DNA from: an uncultured Poribacteria bacterium
GTDB lineage: Bacteria > Poribacteria > WGA-4E > WGA-3G
Assembly: GCA_951813565.1 (NCBI GenBank)
Contig: OX638351.1
Span: 2,112,001-2,176,000 of the forward strand
Direction of reading: 5' to 3'
Length of the DNA stretch: 64,000 bases
Of this stretch, positions 17,839 to 28,681 are shown piece after piece (position 1 is the first letter of the stretch; each line of letters begins with the position of its first letter). The position numbers and the translations under genes are program-made. A model generated the notes under the pieces. That model searched no databases and was not told the origin of the DNA. It saw only the letters and a program-made list of their open reading frames with translations.

Positions 17839-18627
17839 ATGATTTTAGTTAAAAATGTCAGAAAAGCATTTGGCGAGAAAAAAGTTTTAAACGGATTAGA
17901 CCTTGAAATTCCACGCGGGGAAACTTTGGTAATTATGGGACGAAGCGGTTGTGGAAAAAGCGTTCTGCTCAAGATTATTGCAGGACTTCTGACCGTAGAT
18001 ACAGGTGAGGTTTGGATTGATGGAACAGAAATCACCAAACTCAAAAAGAAACCGTTGAACGAGATTCGCCGAAAAATCGGCATGCTTTTTCAGTCTGCAG
18101 CGTTATTCGATTCAATGACAGTTGCTGAAAACATCGCCTTTATGCTTGACCAACATACCGATTTAAGCCAGCAAGAGATGCGTAAGATCGTAGATGAAAA
18201 GCTTAAATTAGTTGATTTACACGGTGTTCAGGACCTACGACCAGCACAGCTTAGCGGCGGCATGCGGAAACGGGTTGGACTCGCACGCGCCCTCGCTTTC
18301 AACCCAGAAATCATTTTATACGATGAACCTACAACAGGGCTTGACCCAGTTACATGCACCGAAATTAACGAACTGATTCGCGACCTAACCCAGAAATTAC
18401 AAGTCACCTCTGTCGTTGTTACACATGATATGCACAGTGCGTTCAGTGTCGGAACACTTATGGTGATGCTCCATGAAGGAATGCCGCTTGCCTACGGAAC
18501 ACCAGAGACACTAATTAATGAAGAAAACCCGGTTTTACAACAGTTCATCCTTTTTGGCGCACCAGACCAAATTCTTAACATTGACAATCCTACGTTGAAG
18601 AAATTTACAGGAAGAAAAACGCAATGA
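17839..18627 (+). CDS. mlaF: MlaF-family ABC ATPase
   Basis: GRSGCGKS, LFQSAALFDSMTV, LSGGMRKRVGLARA, YDEPTTGLDP. Confidence 0.92.
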   Translation: MILVKNVRKAFGEKKVLNGLDLEIPRGETLVIMGRSGCGKSVLLKIIAGLLTVDTGEVWIDGTEITKLKKKPLNEIRRKIGMLFQSAALFDSMTVAENIAFMLDQHTDLSQQEMRKIVDEKLKLVDLHGVQDLRPAQLSGGMRKRVGLARALAFNPEIILYDEPTTGLDPVTCTEINELIRDLTQKLQVTSVVVTHDMHSAFSVGTLMVMLHEGMPLAYGTPETLINEENPVLQQFILFGAPDQILNIDNPTLKKFTGRKTQ

Positions 18628-20189
18628 AATTTTGGACACCATCTGTGAAAGTGGGACTCATGGTCGTTATAGCCATTGTTCTTCTTGCGATTCTCCTTAC
18701 CAATGCTGGAAACTGGCCGTGGGCAACCCGTGGGGATGATTTATACTTCCAATTCCGTGCTGTCAACGGACTCTATGTAGGCTCCAGTGTCCTTCTATCC
18801 GGTGTTTCTATTGGTAAAGTGACGCATATAGAACTCAAACCGAACACTAATACTGTGGAAATCCGAGCTCGCGTCAAAAATGCATTTCAGTGGCTAAGAC
18901 AAGGTTGTGACGCAGGTATCTCCATGAGTGGTTTTGTCGGGGAAACATACATCACACTAAACAACGGAGATATTGGAAATCCACCGCTTCAACCATCTGA
19001 CCTCCCAATTATCGGGATTGACCCTGTAAATCCGCTTGAATTACTTGAACAAACCAGCTCCGGATTGAGTAAAGCTATAGAATTAACTTCGGCAGCAAAC
19101 GAGGTACTACAAGCGAGTCAGGAAGAAATTCAACAAGGCATCAAAGAAACACGAAAATTGGTTGAATTGACAAGTAAGACACTTACAAAGTTCAGTGACC
19201 ACATAGATACAACAGTAGAGACTTTGCAGAACCTAACTTCGAAATACGACGCACGTTTCGAATCAACGCTTTCACAGGTCGACAAGTTGTTAGATCGGTT
19301 AGGTGATGATTCCTTATTGCTCAGTAGCCAAATTAGTGATGTTAGTCGCTCCGTGTTGAGAATGATTGACCAAAATTCGCCAAAAGTAAATGCTATGATT
19401 ACGGATTTGCAGCGGAGTACATCTGATTTCCGACGTTTAGCAACACAATTCCGTCAAGATTCAAGTTCTTTAAAAACCGAAATTTCTGATCTCCTCACAC
19501 AAGGAAGCACGTTCATTGAAAAAGGAAGCGAAGATATTGCTCCAATTATAGAAAGCCTTGAGACAGTAACAACCGCATTTACTAATTTAGAGAAGAATAT
19601 CAGTGAACTGTTAAATGCCATACAACATGGAGATGGCACCGTCGCACAACTTTTAAACAATCCAGAACCATTTACAGAGGCAAAACAAACCCTAAATAGT
19701 ATGAATGAAATGTTTACTGGGTTGAAAGATTTTTATCAGCAGACTGACAGACAATTAAAAGGCTTTAAACTTCCTAAATATTCATGGGATACTGAACTTC
19801 AATATTTAAGTCTTGAGGAGAATCTACATACCGAATTTGGTTTTTCACTTTTGCCACCTTCAAATAGTCTCTACCATTTTGGACTTAGCATTCGGGAGGA
19901 GAAAATTGGTGTTGATTTTCAATATGGCTATAATTTCACAGACTATCTCCGAGGCAGATTCGGTTTCATGCGTTCCAAAGTTGGTGCTGGGTTTGACCTA
20001 TGGTTGTTATCACGACGGTTGGGTATTGGCATTGAAAGTATTGGTCTAACACAAGACAGACCCGAACTGAACGCGGAAATGAGTTTTCGTTTCTACCGTG
20101 GCGGACATTTCCTCGTCGGTGTTGAAAATTGGTGGAGTCCCGATAGGCGTTGGATAACTGGAGTTAAGTTAATCTCAAGCGACTGGTAA
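18624..20189 (+). CDS. mlaD: Long MlaD/MCE protein (TM, MCE, helical region, beta-rich C-terminus)
   Basis: GLYVGSSVLLSGVSIGKV and GFVGETYI MCE motifs; long helical middle; amphipathic beta strands at the end. Confidence 0.85.
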   Translation: MKFWTPSVKVGLMVVIAIVLLAILLTNAGNWPWATRGDDLYFQFRAVNGLYVGSSVLLSGVSIGKVTHIELKPNTNTVEIRARVKNAFQWLRQGCDAGISMSGFVGETYITLNNGDIGNPPLQPSDLPIIGIDPVNPLELLEQTSSGLSKAIELTSAANEVLQASQEEIQQGIKETRKLVELTSKTLTKFSDHIDTTVETLQNLTSKYDARFESTLSQVDKLLDRLGDDSLLLSSQISDVSRSVLRMIDQNSPKVNAMITDLQRSTSDFRRLATQFRQDSSSLKTEISDLLTQGSTFIEKGSEDIAPIIESLETVTTAFTNLEKNISELLNAIQHGDGTVAQLLNNPEPFTEAKQTLNSMNEMFTGLKDFYQQTDRQLKGFKLPKYSWDTELQYLSLEENLHTEFGFSLLPPSNSLYHFGLSIREEKIGVDFQYGYNFTDYLRGRFGFMRSKVGAGFDLWLLSRRLGIGIESIGLTQDRPELNAEMSFRFYRGGHFLVGVENWWSPDRRWITGVKLISSDW

Positions 20190-20215
20190 AAAGGCTTAAT
20201 TTTAATACATTTTGC

Positions 20216-20283
20216 GGTAGGTTCGGTTTCCTAACCGCATCATTTCTCTGGTAGGTTCGGTTAGAAAACCGAACCTACCAGAG
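20216..20283. repeat. GTAG-class REP copies
   Basis: ggtaggttcggtttcctaaccgcatc and palindrome ctctggtaggttcggtt-agaa-aaccgaacctaccagag; relatives near 4571, 39492, 44403, 49509, 63064. Confidence 0.7.
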
Positions 20284-20337
20284 TATTCACATATTTTTTA
20301 ATTTTACTATTAAATCGGGAACATAAAACGGATTGTT

Positions 20338-21699
20338 ATGGCTCAAGCAAAGCGTAAATTTGTCTGTCAAGAATGTGGATATACAACACCGAGAGGACTC
20401 GGGAAATGTCCCGGATGTCAAGCTTGGAATAGTTTTGCTGAAGAGACCGAAATCGTGACGACATCCCCATTACATCGGGGTATCAATCAACATGCAAACA
20501 AACCGGAGTTAATTTCTGAGGTTACAGCGGAGGATGTAGAACGACAATTCACGGGAATGCCTGAATTTGACAGGGTACTCGGTGGCGGAATCGTTCCAGG
20601 CTCCGTGATTTTAATCGGTGGAGACCCAGGAATAGGCAAGTCTACGCTTCTGTTACAAGCAAGTGATGCGTTAAGCCGTAAGTATGGCAGTGTGCTCTAT
20701 GTCACCGGTGAAGAATCAGTAAACCAGACAAAAATTCGTTCAAATCGACTTGGTCTGAATTCCGAAACCCTCTATGTATTGTGCGAAAATAACTTAGGTG
20801 AGATTGAAAGACATATTGAAAAACTGCAACCGCAGGCAGTTGTTGTTGACTCTATTCAAGCGGTCTATCTATCTGATATTGAATCTGCACCGGGCAGTAT
20901 CACACAGATCCGTGAATGTGCAGCGCATCTTTTAATTTCTGCCAAGAATCTGAATATACCAATGTTTCTTGTTGGACATGTAACAAAGGAAGGAACATTA
21001 GCAGGGCCCAGAGTTTTAGAACACATAGTAGATACAGTACTCTATTTTGAAGGAGAACGGCATCACATATATCGGGTCTTGCGTGCGGTTAAGAATCGGT
21101 TCGGGTCAACAAATGAACTTGGCATCTTTGAGATGCAGAACAAAGGTCTTGTAGATGTCAAAAATCCATCCCAACTCTTTTTGAGCGACAGAGAGGAGGA
21201 AATATCTGGTTCCGTTATCGTGTCCAGTATAGAAGGTACACGTCCACTGTTATTGGAGGTACAAGCGTTAGTCGTTTCGACTCACTACGGAACACCACGC
21301 AACACTGCCACTGGAATTGACCGAAACCGCGTCGCTTTACTCACTGCCGTTTTGAATAAACGCATTGGACTGGATATAGGTGATTCAGATATATTTGTAA
21401 ACATTACTGGCGGGTTACGTGTTGATGAACCAGGAATTGACCTTGGTGTGTTGATGGCGATTATTTCTAATCACAAGAATATTCCAATTGACCCACGAAC
21501 AGTTGTAATTGGTGAAGTCGGATTAGGCGGCGAAATTCGACCTGTCCCCCATGTTGAAAAACGAATCCGAGAAGCCGCAAAACTTGGATTCACTCGGGCA
21601 ATTTTCCCCGCTTACCATCAGAAAGGTTTAGAGATCAATGACGTAATTGAACTCATTGGCGTAAAAAATATTTATGATAGTCTAAGTGTATTAATGTAA
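20338..21699 (+). CDS. radA: DNA repair protein RadA/Sms
   Basis: CQEC..CPGC zinc finger, GGDPGIGKST, KNRFG, Lon-like C-terminus. Confidence 0.97.
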   Translation: MAQAKRKFVCQECGYTTPRGLGKCPGCQAWNSFAEETEIVTTSPLHRGINQHANKPELISEVTAEDVERQFTGMPEFDRVLGGGIVPGSVILIGGDPGIGKSTLLLQASDALSRKYGSVLYVTGEESVNQTKIRSNRLGLNSETLYVLCENNLGEIERHIEKLQPQAVVVDSIQAVYLSDIESAPGSITQIRECAAHLLISAKNLNIPMFLVGHVTKEGTLAGPRVLEHIVDTVLYFEGERHHIYRVLRAVKNRFGSTNELGIFEMQNKGLVDVKNPSQLFLSDREEEISGSVIVSSIEGTRPLLLEVQALVVSTHYGTPRNTATGIDRNRVALLTAVLNKRIGLDIGDSDIFVNITGGLRVDEPGIDLGVLMAIISNHKNIPIDPRTVVIGEVGLGGEIRPVPHVEKRIREAAKLGFTRAIFPAYHQKGLEINDVIELIGVKNIYDSLSVLM

Positions 21700-21971
21700 C
21701 CAGAACTAACAACAGAATAATTCAGTTTTTATGCTGTTTCAGTAATCTTACAAGTGCTTTTATAGTGAAAATCTGTTTCACCAGACGCTGTGAGGTTCTG
21801 TAGACAGACGATAAAAACCCAATATATAAAGTTTCCCGTGAATTAACAAGCATATAGTTTATAGATATTGTCTCTGCAAGACAATGTCTAATGACCGTCG
21901 ATCTGTGACACATGGTTCAAACTATTAATCAAACAAGTTTCATCACTTTCGCTTGGTGCGGAGAAAGAACT

Positions 21972-22991
21972 ATGCAAATTTGGGGAATTCGTCTTTTTTT
22001 TATACTTGCAAGTGCTGTTGCTTGCTATTTACCAAATACTAATCTTTCCAACGGTTTTGTTGGTTTTGCTGTTGCATGTATCCTCGTTGCAGGTGAGATA
22101 TCTCTTCACGTGTCTCACACGCGTAGAATTGTTGCAAGCTGTGTAGGACTTGGGTTCGGTTTGTTGATTTCTCAAGGGCTGCTTCAATTCCTTGGTCAAC
22201 CCGATTCAATTCTTAAGCAAAGTCCCACTTTAGGGGTTGTCATTCTTCTCGGATGTGGTTATATTGGAATGGTGTGTGGCTATCACATATCCGAAAGTTT
22301 ACCCGTCGTGAGATTACTGAATTCGCATCGTTATATCCAAACGGGAACACCATTTGCAACAAACGATTCTAACGGATTTAAAATTTTAGATACAAGTGTT
22401 ATTATTGATGGACGTATCCTTGAAATCTGTGAGACACAATTTATTGATGGAACGTTGTTAATTCCACGGTTTGTTTTAAACGAATTGCAACATATTGCAG
22501 ATTCAACGGACTTGCTCCGTAGAAATAAGGGGAGGCGCGGTTTTGATATTCTGCGTTCACTCCAAAATAGTCCATCTATCGCAGTTGAAATTATAGAGGA
22601 GGATGTGACCCACCTGACTGAGGTAGACGCCAAACTTGTCCACCTCGCGCGAAAATATTTCGCTAAAATAATTACCAATGATTTAAACCTTAACAAAGTC
22701 GCAGAATTACAGGGTGTCACGGTCCTAAATATCAACGAATTAGCAAACGCCATCCGTCCCATCGTGGTCGCTGGAGAAATAATTCAGGTGCATCTCCAGA
22801 AAGTCGGTAAAGAACCGAATCAAGGCGTAGGTTATCTTGATGACGGAACGATGGTTATCGTTGAAGATGGCAAACCGTATATCGGACAGACACTTGACGT
22901 TGTGGTTACACAAATGTTGCGAACCAGCACTGGTCAGATGATTTTTGCACGAAATGCAGATGAATCTCCATCAGAGAAAGGGTTCCGATGA
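21972..22991 (+). CDS. Membrane PIN/TRAM-domain protein (YacL-like)
   Basis: TM helices, LDTSVIIDGRI, TNDLNLNKVA, QGVGYLDDGTMVIVE. Confidence 0.92.
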   Translation: MQIWGIRLFFILASAVACYLPNTNLSNGFVGFAVACILVAGEISLHVSHTRRIVASCVGLGFGLLISQGLLQFLGQPDSILKQSPTLGVVILLGCGYIGMVCGYHISESLPVVRLLNSHRYIQTGTPFATNDSNGFKILDTSVIIDGRILEICETQFIDGTLLIPRFVLNELQHIADSTDLLRRNKGRRGFDILRSLQNSPSIAVEIIEEDVTHLTEVDAKLVHLARKYFAKIITNDLNLNKVAELQGVTVLNINELANAIRPIVVAGEIIQVHLQKVGKEPNQGVGYLDDGTMVIVEDGKPYIGQTLDVVVTQMLRTSTGQMIFARNADESPSEKGFR

Positions 22992-23731
22992 GTGAATTAA
23001 CGCCGGATGCGCGTGTGGCATTCGTCGGGTGGCAGATGAACAGCAAGATATCTGTTCTTATCCCTGCTGCTGGGCAAGGTAAAAGGATGGGATCATCGGT
23101 TAAAAAGCCATATTTAATGTTAGCGGATAAACCGATTTTATCGCATACGATAGACCACTTTGAACAAAACAGTGTTGTTGACGAAATTTTTGTGGTTGTG
23201 GACGAATCAGATTTCATAGCGTGCCGCGAAAACGTTCTCGCACCTTTTCGCTATCGGAAGGTTCGCGAATTGGTCTCTGGTGGTAAAACTCGGCAGATTT
23301 CTGTATTCAACGGACTTCGCGCACTTTCAGATGATGTTGATTTTGTCATTATTCATGATGGTGTGCGTCCGTTTATAAATGACGATATTATTTTCGGATG
23401 TCTTGAAGCAGCAGCGGAATGCGGTGCTGCTGTCTCTGCTGTGCCAGTGAAAGAGACTATTAAAGTGGCAAACGCAGAACTTTTCATCACTGATACACCT
23501 GAACGGGATCGGTTATGGCGAGTGCAGACGCCACAAGTCTTTCGTAAATCGCTGCTGGTAGAAGCACACAAAAAGGCAATCCAGAACGGAATTGACGCGA
23601 CTGATGACGCTGCATTGATTGAAAATCTCGGTCTCCCTGTAAAATTAGTCATGGGTAGTTACAAAAATATGAAACTAACAACGCCAGAGGATTTGCGAAT
23701 CGCTGAAACTTTACTAGAGCGTATCTCATAA
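22988..23731 (+). CDS. ispD: 2-C-methyl-D-erythritol 4-phosphate cytidylyltransferase
   Basis: PAAGQGKRM, HDGVRPF, QTPQVF, TDDA, KLTTPEDL; start may be 23036. Confidence 0.95.
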   Translation: MSELTPDARVAFVGWQMNSKISVLIPAAGQGKRMGSSVKKPYLMLADKPILSHTIDHFEQNSVVDEIFVVVDESDFIACRENVLAPFRYRKVRELVSGGKTRQISVFNGLRALSDDVDFVIIHDGVRPFINDDIIFGCLEAAAECGAAVSAVPVKETIKVANAELFITDTPERDRLWRVQTPQVFRKSLLVEAHKKAIQNGIDATDDAALIENLGLPVKLVMGSYKNMKLTTPEDLRIAETLLERIS

Positions 23732-23738
23732 ATCATTT

Positions 23739-23885
23739 GTAGGGCGGGGTCCCTGTGCCTGCCCGTTGCATAGCACGTCCTGCGCAGTGGCGGGGCACCA
23801 AATCAAGAAATCAACGGTATGAATAACATTTAGTTATTCACCGGGTATGAATGCCTTATGGCATTCCCCGGGACCCCGCCCTACA
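23739..23885. repeat. REP doublet interrupted by a CAAATCAA micro-insertion (23799-23869)
   Basis: gtagggcggggtccctgtgcc ... ggcac[insert]gggaccccgccctac. Confidence 0.75.
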
Positions 23886-24025
23886 GTGGAAAACGCCGCG
23901 TAATCATTGCAAATTGAACCTATGTAACCAAATATTTACACACCCAACTTTACTAAATGATGAGATATAAGGTATAATATCTTACAGCACTATACTCAAG
24001 GGATTTCCTGAAAGAAACCGGCAAA

Positions 24026-24499
24026 ATGAGAATAGGGATCGGTTACGACGTTCATCAACTTATCGAAAATAGAAAATTGATTTTGGGCGGCGTAGAAATT
24101 CCTTATCACTTGGGATTGTTGGGACATTCAGATGCGGATGTATTGACACATGCTATCTGTGATGCTATTTTAGGTGCAGCAGCATTAGGCGATATTGGAA
24201 CACACTTTCCAGATACGGACGCAAGTTACGCTGGGATGGACAGTCAAGTTTTCCTCCGTGCCATCGCAGCGAAAGTTAGAGAACAGGATTACATAATTCA
24301 AAACGTTGACAGCACAGTGATTGCACAACAACCGAAATTAGCACCTTATATCGGACAAATGCGTGGCGTTCTTGCAAAAACGTTGGACATCTCAGAAGCA
24401 CAAGTAAGCGTTAAAGCCACAACCGCAGAGGGTTTAGGAATTGTAGGTAAAGAAAAGGCAATCGTCGCCCAAGCAATTGCGTGCCTCACTAAAACCTAA
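24026..24499 (+). CDS. ispF: 2-C-methyl-D-erythritol 2,4-cyclodiphosphate synthase
   Basis: [26 protein letters not shown]. Confidence 0.97.
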   Translation: MRIGIGYDVHQLIENRKLILGGVEIPYHLGLLGHSDADVLTHAICDAILGAAALGDIGTHFPDTDASYAGMDSQVFLRAIAAKVREQDYIIQNVDSTVIAQQPKLAPYIGQMRGVLAKTLDISEAQVSVKATTAEGLGIVGKEKAIVAQAIACLTKT

Positions 24500-24541
24500 T
24501 CCCGTAGTGTTGTAAGTATAAACAAAACAAAGGAATAGCGA

Positions 24542-25999
24542 ATGGGATTAAAGATATATAATTCCCTTAGCCGACAACTTGAAGAATTTTCACCTTTGAC
24601 GGAAGGACATGTCTCAATGTACAGTTGTGGTCCCACCGTCTACGACTATATCCACATCGGTAATGCGCGCACGGTACTCGTCACCGATATTATACGTCGG
24701 TATCTCACCTATAGAGGATACGCTGTCAAGTTAGTTCAAAATTTGACAGATATTGATGACAAAATCATCGCTCGTGCGCAGACACTCGGAACCAGTGCAA
24801 GTCAACTCGCCAATATGAACGGCGAGGCATTTTTTGAAGATACACAACGACTCGGCATTCAACCTGCAGATGTGCATCCCAAAGCAACAGAACACATCCC
24901 TGAGATGATCAACTTGATTCAAACACTCATTGATAAGGGTGCAGCTTACGTCGTTGATGGGAGTGTCTATTATCGCGTTAATTCCTTTAACGAATATGGT
25001 AAACTTTCACGTCGGAAACCTGAAGATTTGCTTGCGGGCGCACGCGTTGAAGTTGATGAACGCAAAGAAGACCCACGTGATTTTGACATGTGGAAAGCAG
25101 CGAAACCCGGTGAACCCTATTGGGATAGCCCTTGGGGACGCGGTAGGCCTGGTTGGCACATCGAATGTTCATCTATGGCAATGAAGCATCTTGGTGAAAC
25201 GATTGATATTCATGCAGGAGGCGAAGACCTGCTGTTTCCACATCACGAAAATGAAATCGCGCAAAGTGAATTGGCAACAGGTAGACCTTTTGCTCGTTAT
25301 TGGGTTCATGTTGCTTTCCTGAAAATAGACGGTGCGCGAATGGGCAAATCTGAAAAAAACTTTATTTTTTTGCGAGATGCTTTAGACAAATATCCTGCCG
25401 AAGTAATCAGGCATTTTCTCATTTCAGCCCATTACCGACATCCACTTGATTATAGTTTGGAAAGTTTGCAAAAATCTGAATCTGCGCTCCGCCGTCTAAA
25501 GAACTGTTTAGAAGCGTTGAAAAAATATGAAGAGGAAACGCCCGAAATTACTGAAGGTCCCGATTCACTTTCACAGGATGCTTCTGATACCGATACGAAC
25601 CTTCTTTCCGCAATAGACACGCTACAGACGCAATTTACCGATGCAATGGATACTGACTTTAATACTGCACAAGCAGTTGGGTCAATTTTCTCACTTGTCA
25701 GTCAAGTTAACAGGTCTCTGGGAACGTCCAACGGGATATCCGATCAAACTTTCGCGCAAGCCTATAAAGTTTTAAACGAAATCTGTCAAGTGCTTGGCAT
25801 TTATACAATAAGTGAAGAAGATACTGCGGATACCGCTGAATATCTTAATCCACTACTTGAACTTTTATTAGAAATAAGACAAAACGCTCGGGATCAGAAA
25901 GACTGGGGGACATCAGATAAGATTCGTGATAGACTGAAACAACTTAACATTGAAATCCAGGATACTCGCGATGGGTCTACTTGGAAATTAGTTTCATAA
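24542..25999 (+). CDS. cysS: Cysteine--tRNA ligase
   Basis: CGPTVY, HIGN, GRPGWHIECS, FPHHENE, RMGKS (KMSKS variant). Confidence 0.97.
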   Translation: MGLKIYNSLSRQLEEFSPLTEGHVSMYSCGPTVYDYIHIGNARTVLVTDIIRRYLTYRGYAVKLVQNLTDIDDKIIARAQTLGTSASQLANMNGEAFFEDTQRLGIQPADVHPKATEHIPEMINLIQTLIDKGAAYVVDGSVYYRVNSFNEYGKLSRRKPEDLLAGARVEVDERKEDPRDFDMWKAAKPGEPYWDSPWGRGRPGWHIECSSMAMKHLGETIDIHAGGEDLLFPHHENEIAQSELATGRPFARYWVHVAFLKIDGARMGKSEKNFIFLRDALDKYPAEVIRHFLISAHYRHPLDYSLESLQKSESALRRLKNCLEALKKYEEETPEITEGPDSLSQDASDTDTNLLSAIDTLQTQFTDAMDTDFNTAQAVGSIFSLVSQVNRSLGTSNGISDQTFAQAYKVLNEICQVLGIYTISEEDTADTAEYLNPLLELLLEIRQNARDQKDWGTSDKIRDRLKQLNIEIQDTRDGSTWKLVS

Positions 26000-26231
26000 T
26001 TACAAGACAAGGGACATTTTGTAAATATCCGTATCAGTTACCAAAAAAGTCGTCAATATTACTGGAGAAATGGTATGATATTAAAAGAGAACTTCTATGA
26101 AGTTTCATTTTCTCATTGTATCAGAGAGTTCTCCTTTTTCACATATCTAATTTACATATCTAATTTTCTTAGATCAAATTCACGCTGTGTAAGGTAATTG
26201 CACATTAACACTCAAATTACGGAAGGACCCC

Positions 26232-27266
26232 ATGAAAACCACCAGATATTCTTTTGATGCCATTGACATGAGAACAATCCGTTTTTTTCGCCAAATAACA
26301 AAACTCCCATTAATTCTCATTGTGGGCTGTCTCATTTTCAACGGTTGTGCTGCATTGGAGGAGGCGCAGCAACTGCGAGAGGCACGCGAAAAGGAAAAAA
26401 GGAATAAAGAGTATTTAATGCTAGCGCCATCTAAAGGCGAGATCAAAATTGCTGAGGATGCACAAAAAGCGGAAAGCACTCACTACACAATTACTTTCGG
26501 GCCGGATTTGAAAGAACACGAGGATTTTGACGAAAATTCGGAGCGGGGTCAATTCCTGGAAAGTGCCCTCGGCTATATGGAAAGTCTATACAATGAGATG
26601 AATACGATTTTCGGATTCCAACCTGAACATAAAATTCATGTAACGCTGCATGACGTCTATAATGAGTCAAGAAATCTCGCAACCACAACTACTCAATATC
26701 GCTATGAGAGTAAAGGAAACACCTCGCTGAAATATGTTACCGGTATCAAGATGGATTTTCCATTGGCGATGTATAAAAAGCCTGATGTACGTGCCCATGA
26801 ATTAACACACGCTTTCACAAATATTTATTTCCTACCAACGTGGTTTAACGAAGGTATTGCTGTTCTAATGCAAACAGAATGGGCTAAGGGCGGATCGCAT
26901 CCAAAATTTGATAATCTTGAGACAAATGTGAAGCGAAATTTAGATGGTGTTAATGATCTTGAGGACTGGGAATTCCACGGGGGAAGCTCAAGGCTCCTCC
27001 AATGGCGATATAGTTATGCTTATACTATCGTTTCAGAACTCCGAAAGAGATTTGGCCCTGATTACTACATCAAAGTTTTTCAATTGATGGAAGCTGATCA
27101 GCTGCACAGTAAATTACCCAGTAAGATGTCAACGAGTTTTCTGATCTATTATCTCAACCAAGCTGCTGAAACAGACTTGATACCTTTCTTTGAAAGTCTT
27201 CATTTTAAAGTTCGTAGATTGACAAAAGAGGATATCCTTCAAAATATCAGGCAGACAAACCGATAA
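26232..27266 (+). CDS. Putative lipoprotein gluzincin-like metallopeptidase (peptidase MA-like)
   Basis: Lipobox-like FNGC; AHELTHAF followed by PTWFNEGIA. Confidence 0.72.
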   Translation: MKTTRYSFDAIDMRTIRFFRQITKLPLILIVGCLIFNGCAALEEAQQLREAREKEKRNKEYLMLAPSKGEIKIAEDAQKAESTHYTITFGPDLKEHEDFDENSERGQFLESALGYMESLYNEMNTIFGFQPEHKIHVTLHDVYNESRNLATTTTQYRYESKGNTSLKYVTGIKMDFPLAMYKKPDVRAHELTHAFTNIYFLPTWFNEGIAVLMQTEWAKGGSHPKFDNLETNVKRNLDGVNDLEDWEFHGGSSRLLQWRYSYAYTIVSELRKRFGPDYYIKVFQLMEADQLHSKLPSKMSTSFLIYYLNQAAETDLIPFFESLHFKVRRLTKEDILQNIRQTNR

Positions 27267-27356
27267 GTTTTGTAATTTGTGAGGGTTATCTGTATATTAG
27301 TCTATACGCTATTCTTCTTGAGAAGAGTAGCATCATTTAGAAAAAAGGAGTAAAAA

Positions 27357-27992
27357 ATGTTCTATCGAATCACAACGTACTTTTCACTACTTTGTTGCTC
27401 TATCGTCCTAATTGGATGTGCTACACTTTTTTCAGCGCAGGAATGGAGCGAAAACTATGCACTTTTGGAAGGGGCACGAGCGACGAGTCCACAAATGATT
27501 GATGGGAAACTTGAGACCGTAGGCGAAGCGATTTTCGCCTCGGAAGACACGAGAAGACTCGTACGCGGTGGCTCTGAAGTCGTTGTTACACTACCAGAAA
27601 AGAAAAGAATTCATAAAATTTTGCTTCACGCGGATAACTTAAAGCATATTATTATTTATGCGGATAAAGGTGGCGGAATCCTGGACGGTTCTGATTGGCA
27701 GTATGTTAAAGAGATGCAAAGTATAAAAACCAATCCGATTGAACTTAAGGTTTTGATCCCATATCCTACAGACCGGATACGGGTACGAGTGCTGAAAACT
27801 ACTGAAGATGCACAACTGGCACGGGAAAAAAATCGAAGATTCGGTGCAATTACCTTTGTCAGCACCACAGGAGCTCCTGGTAAAATCCGTGAAATTGAAA
27901 TTTACGGTTATAAAACTGCTGAAGAAATGGAAGTTGACAAAACCGTTGATAACCGCGAAAAAGAGCTTGATGACTTACTTGACTTTGAGTAA
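27357..27992 (+). CDS. Putative lipoprotein with a discoidin-like beta-sandwich
   Basis: LIGC lipobox; MIDG, TDRIRVRV, KIREIEIYG. Confidence 0.65.
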   Translation: MFYRITTYFSLLCCSIVLIGCATLFSAQEWSENYALLEGARATSPQMIDGKLETVGEAIFASEDTRRLVRGGSEVVVTLPEKKRIHKILLHADNLKHIIIYADKGGGILDGSDWQYVKEMQSIKTNPIELKVLIPYPTDRIRVRVLKTTEDAQLAREKNRRFGAITFVSTTGAPGKIREIEIYGYKTAEEMEVDKTVDNREKELDDLLDFE

Positions 27993-28093
27993 TACTGTGT
28001 TAGGGAATCAAGGCGGATGTTACAACAATGCCGCCTTAACTTCATCCTATCCGGAACAGTATATGTTCTGCTTCATGCTACAAGGAGACATGC

Positions 28094-28681
28094 ATGCGTA
28101 TTGGATTATTCGCTATAATTTTCTGTTGTATACTCGGGTTTTCTGGGTGTATTCTTGCATCAAATCCATCGCTCAACTTGAGTGAGAATATTGCTATTAC
28201 AGCTGCAAGTAATAGCCCCAGGATCCATGATGACAATATATATACCGAAGGGGAAACCACTACTATACGTGAAGACGCAACGGATATCGCCTCACAACAA
28301 GAATCCGATAATTTCACTGAGGCAGTCTTAAGTTGGAATATCCCTCAGACAATCCAGCACATTGTTATCAAGGCAAAAGAAGGACAACTGGAGGTCTTTG
28401 AGATTCAGTATATGGATGACGATGGAGAGTGGGTCACAGTTAAAGAAGTACGTGATAATTTACGTTCTGAATACAAACATACTCTCGGAAAGCCAATTGT
28501 AACCAAGACGTTTCGCTTGAAAGTTCCACGCAGATGGGATTCGAGACGTGTCGGAGGGCAAAGCCGTTCGAAACGGGCTGAAGGTGGTGCTCCAAGTGCC
28601 GCTGAGTACAGGAAGATTCAGGAGATTGAACTCTATTACGCACTTCCTACGCCTGCTGCTGATGCTTCACTAATGCAGTGA
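28094..28681 (+). CDS. Putative lipoprotein with a discoidin-like beta-sandwich
   Basis: FSGC lipobox; IHDD, TKTFRLKV, KIQEIELYY. Confidence 0.65.
   Translation: MRIGLFAIIFCCILGFSGCILASNPSLNLSENIAITAASNSPRIHDDNIYTEGETTTIREDATDIASQQESDNFTEAVLSWNIPQTIQHIVIKAKEGQLEVFEIQYMDDDGEWVTVKEVRDNLRSEYKHTLGKPIVTKTFRLKVPRRWDSRRVGGQSRSKRAEGGAPSAAEYRKIQEIELYYALPTPAADASLMQ

Noticed and set aside
26142..26167. Tandem 13-bp duplication acatatctaattt
   Set aside because: Single AT-rich duplication; cannot distinguish an operator from slippage
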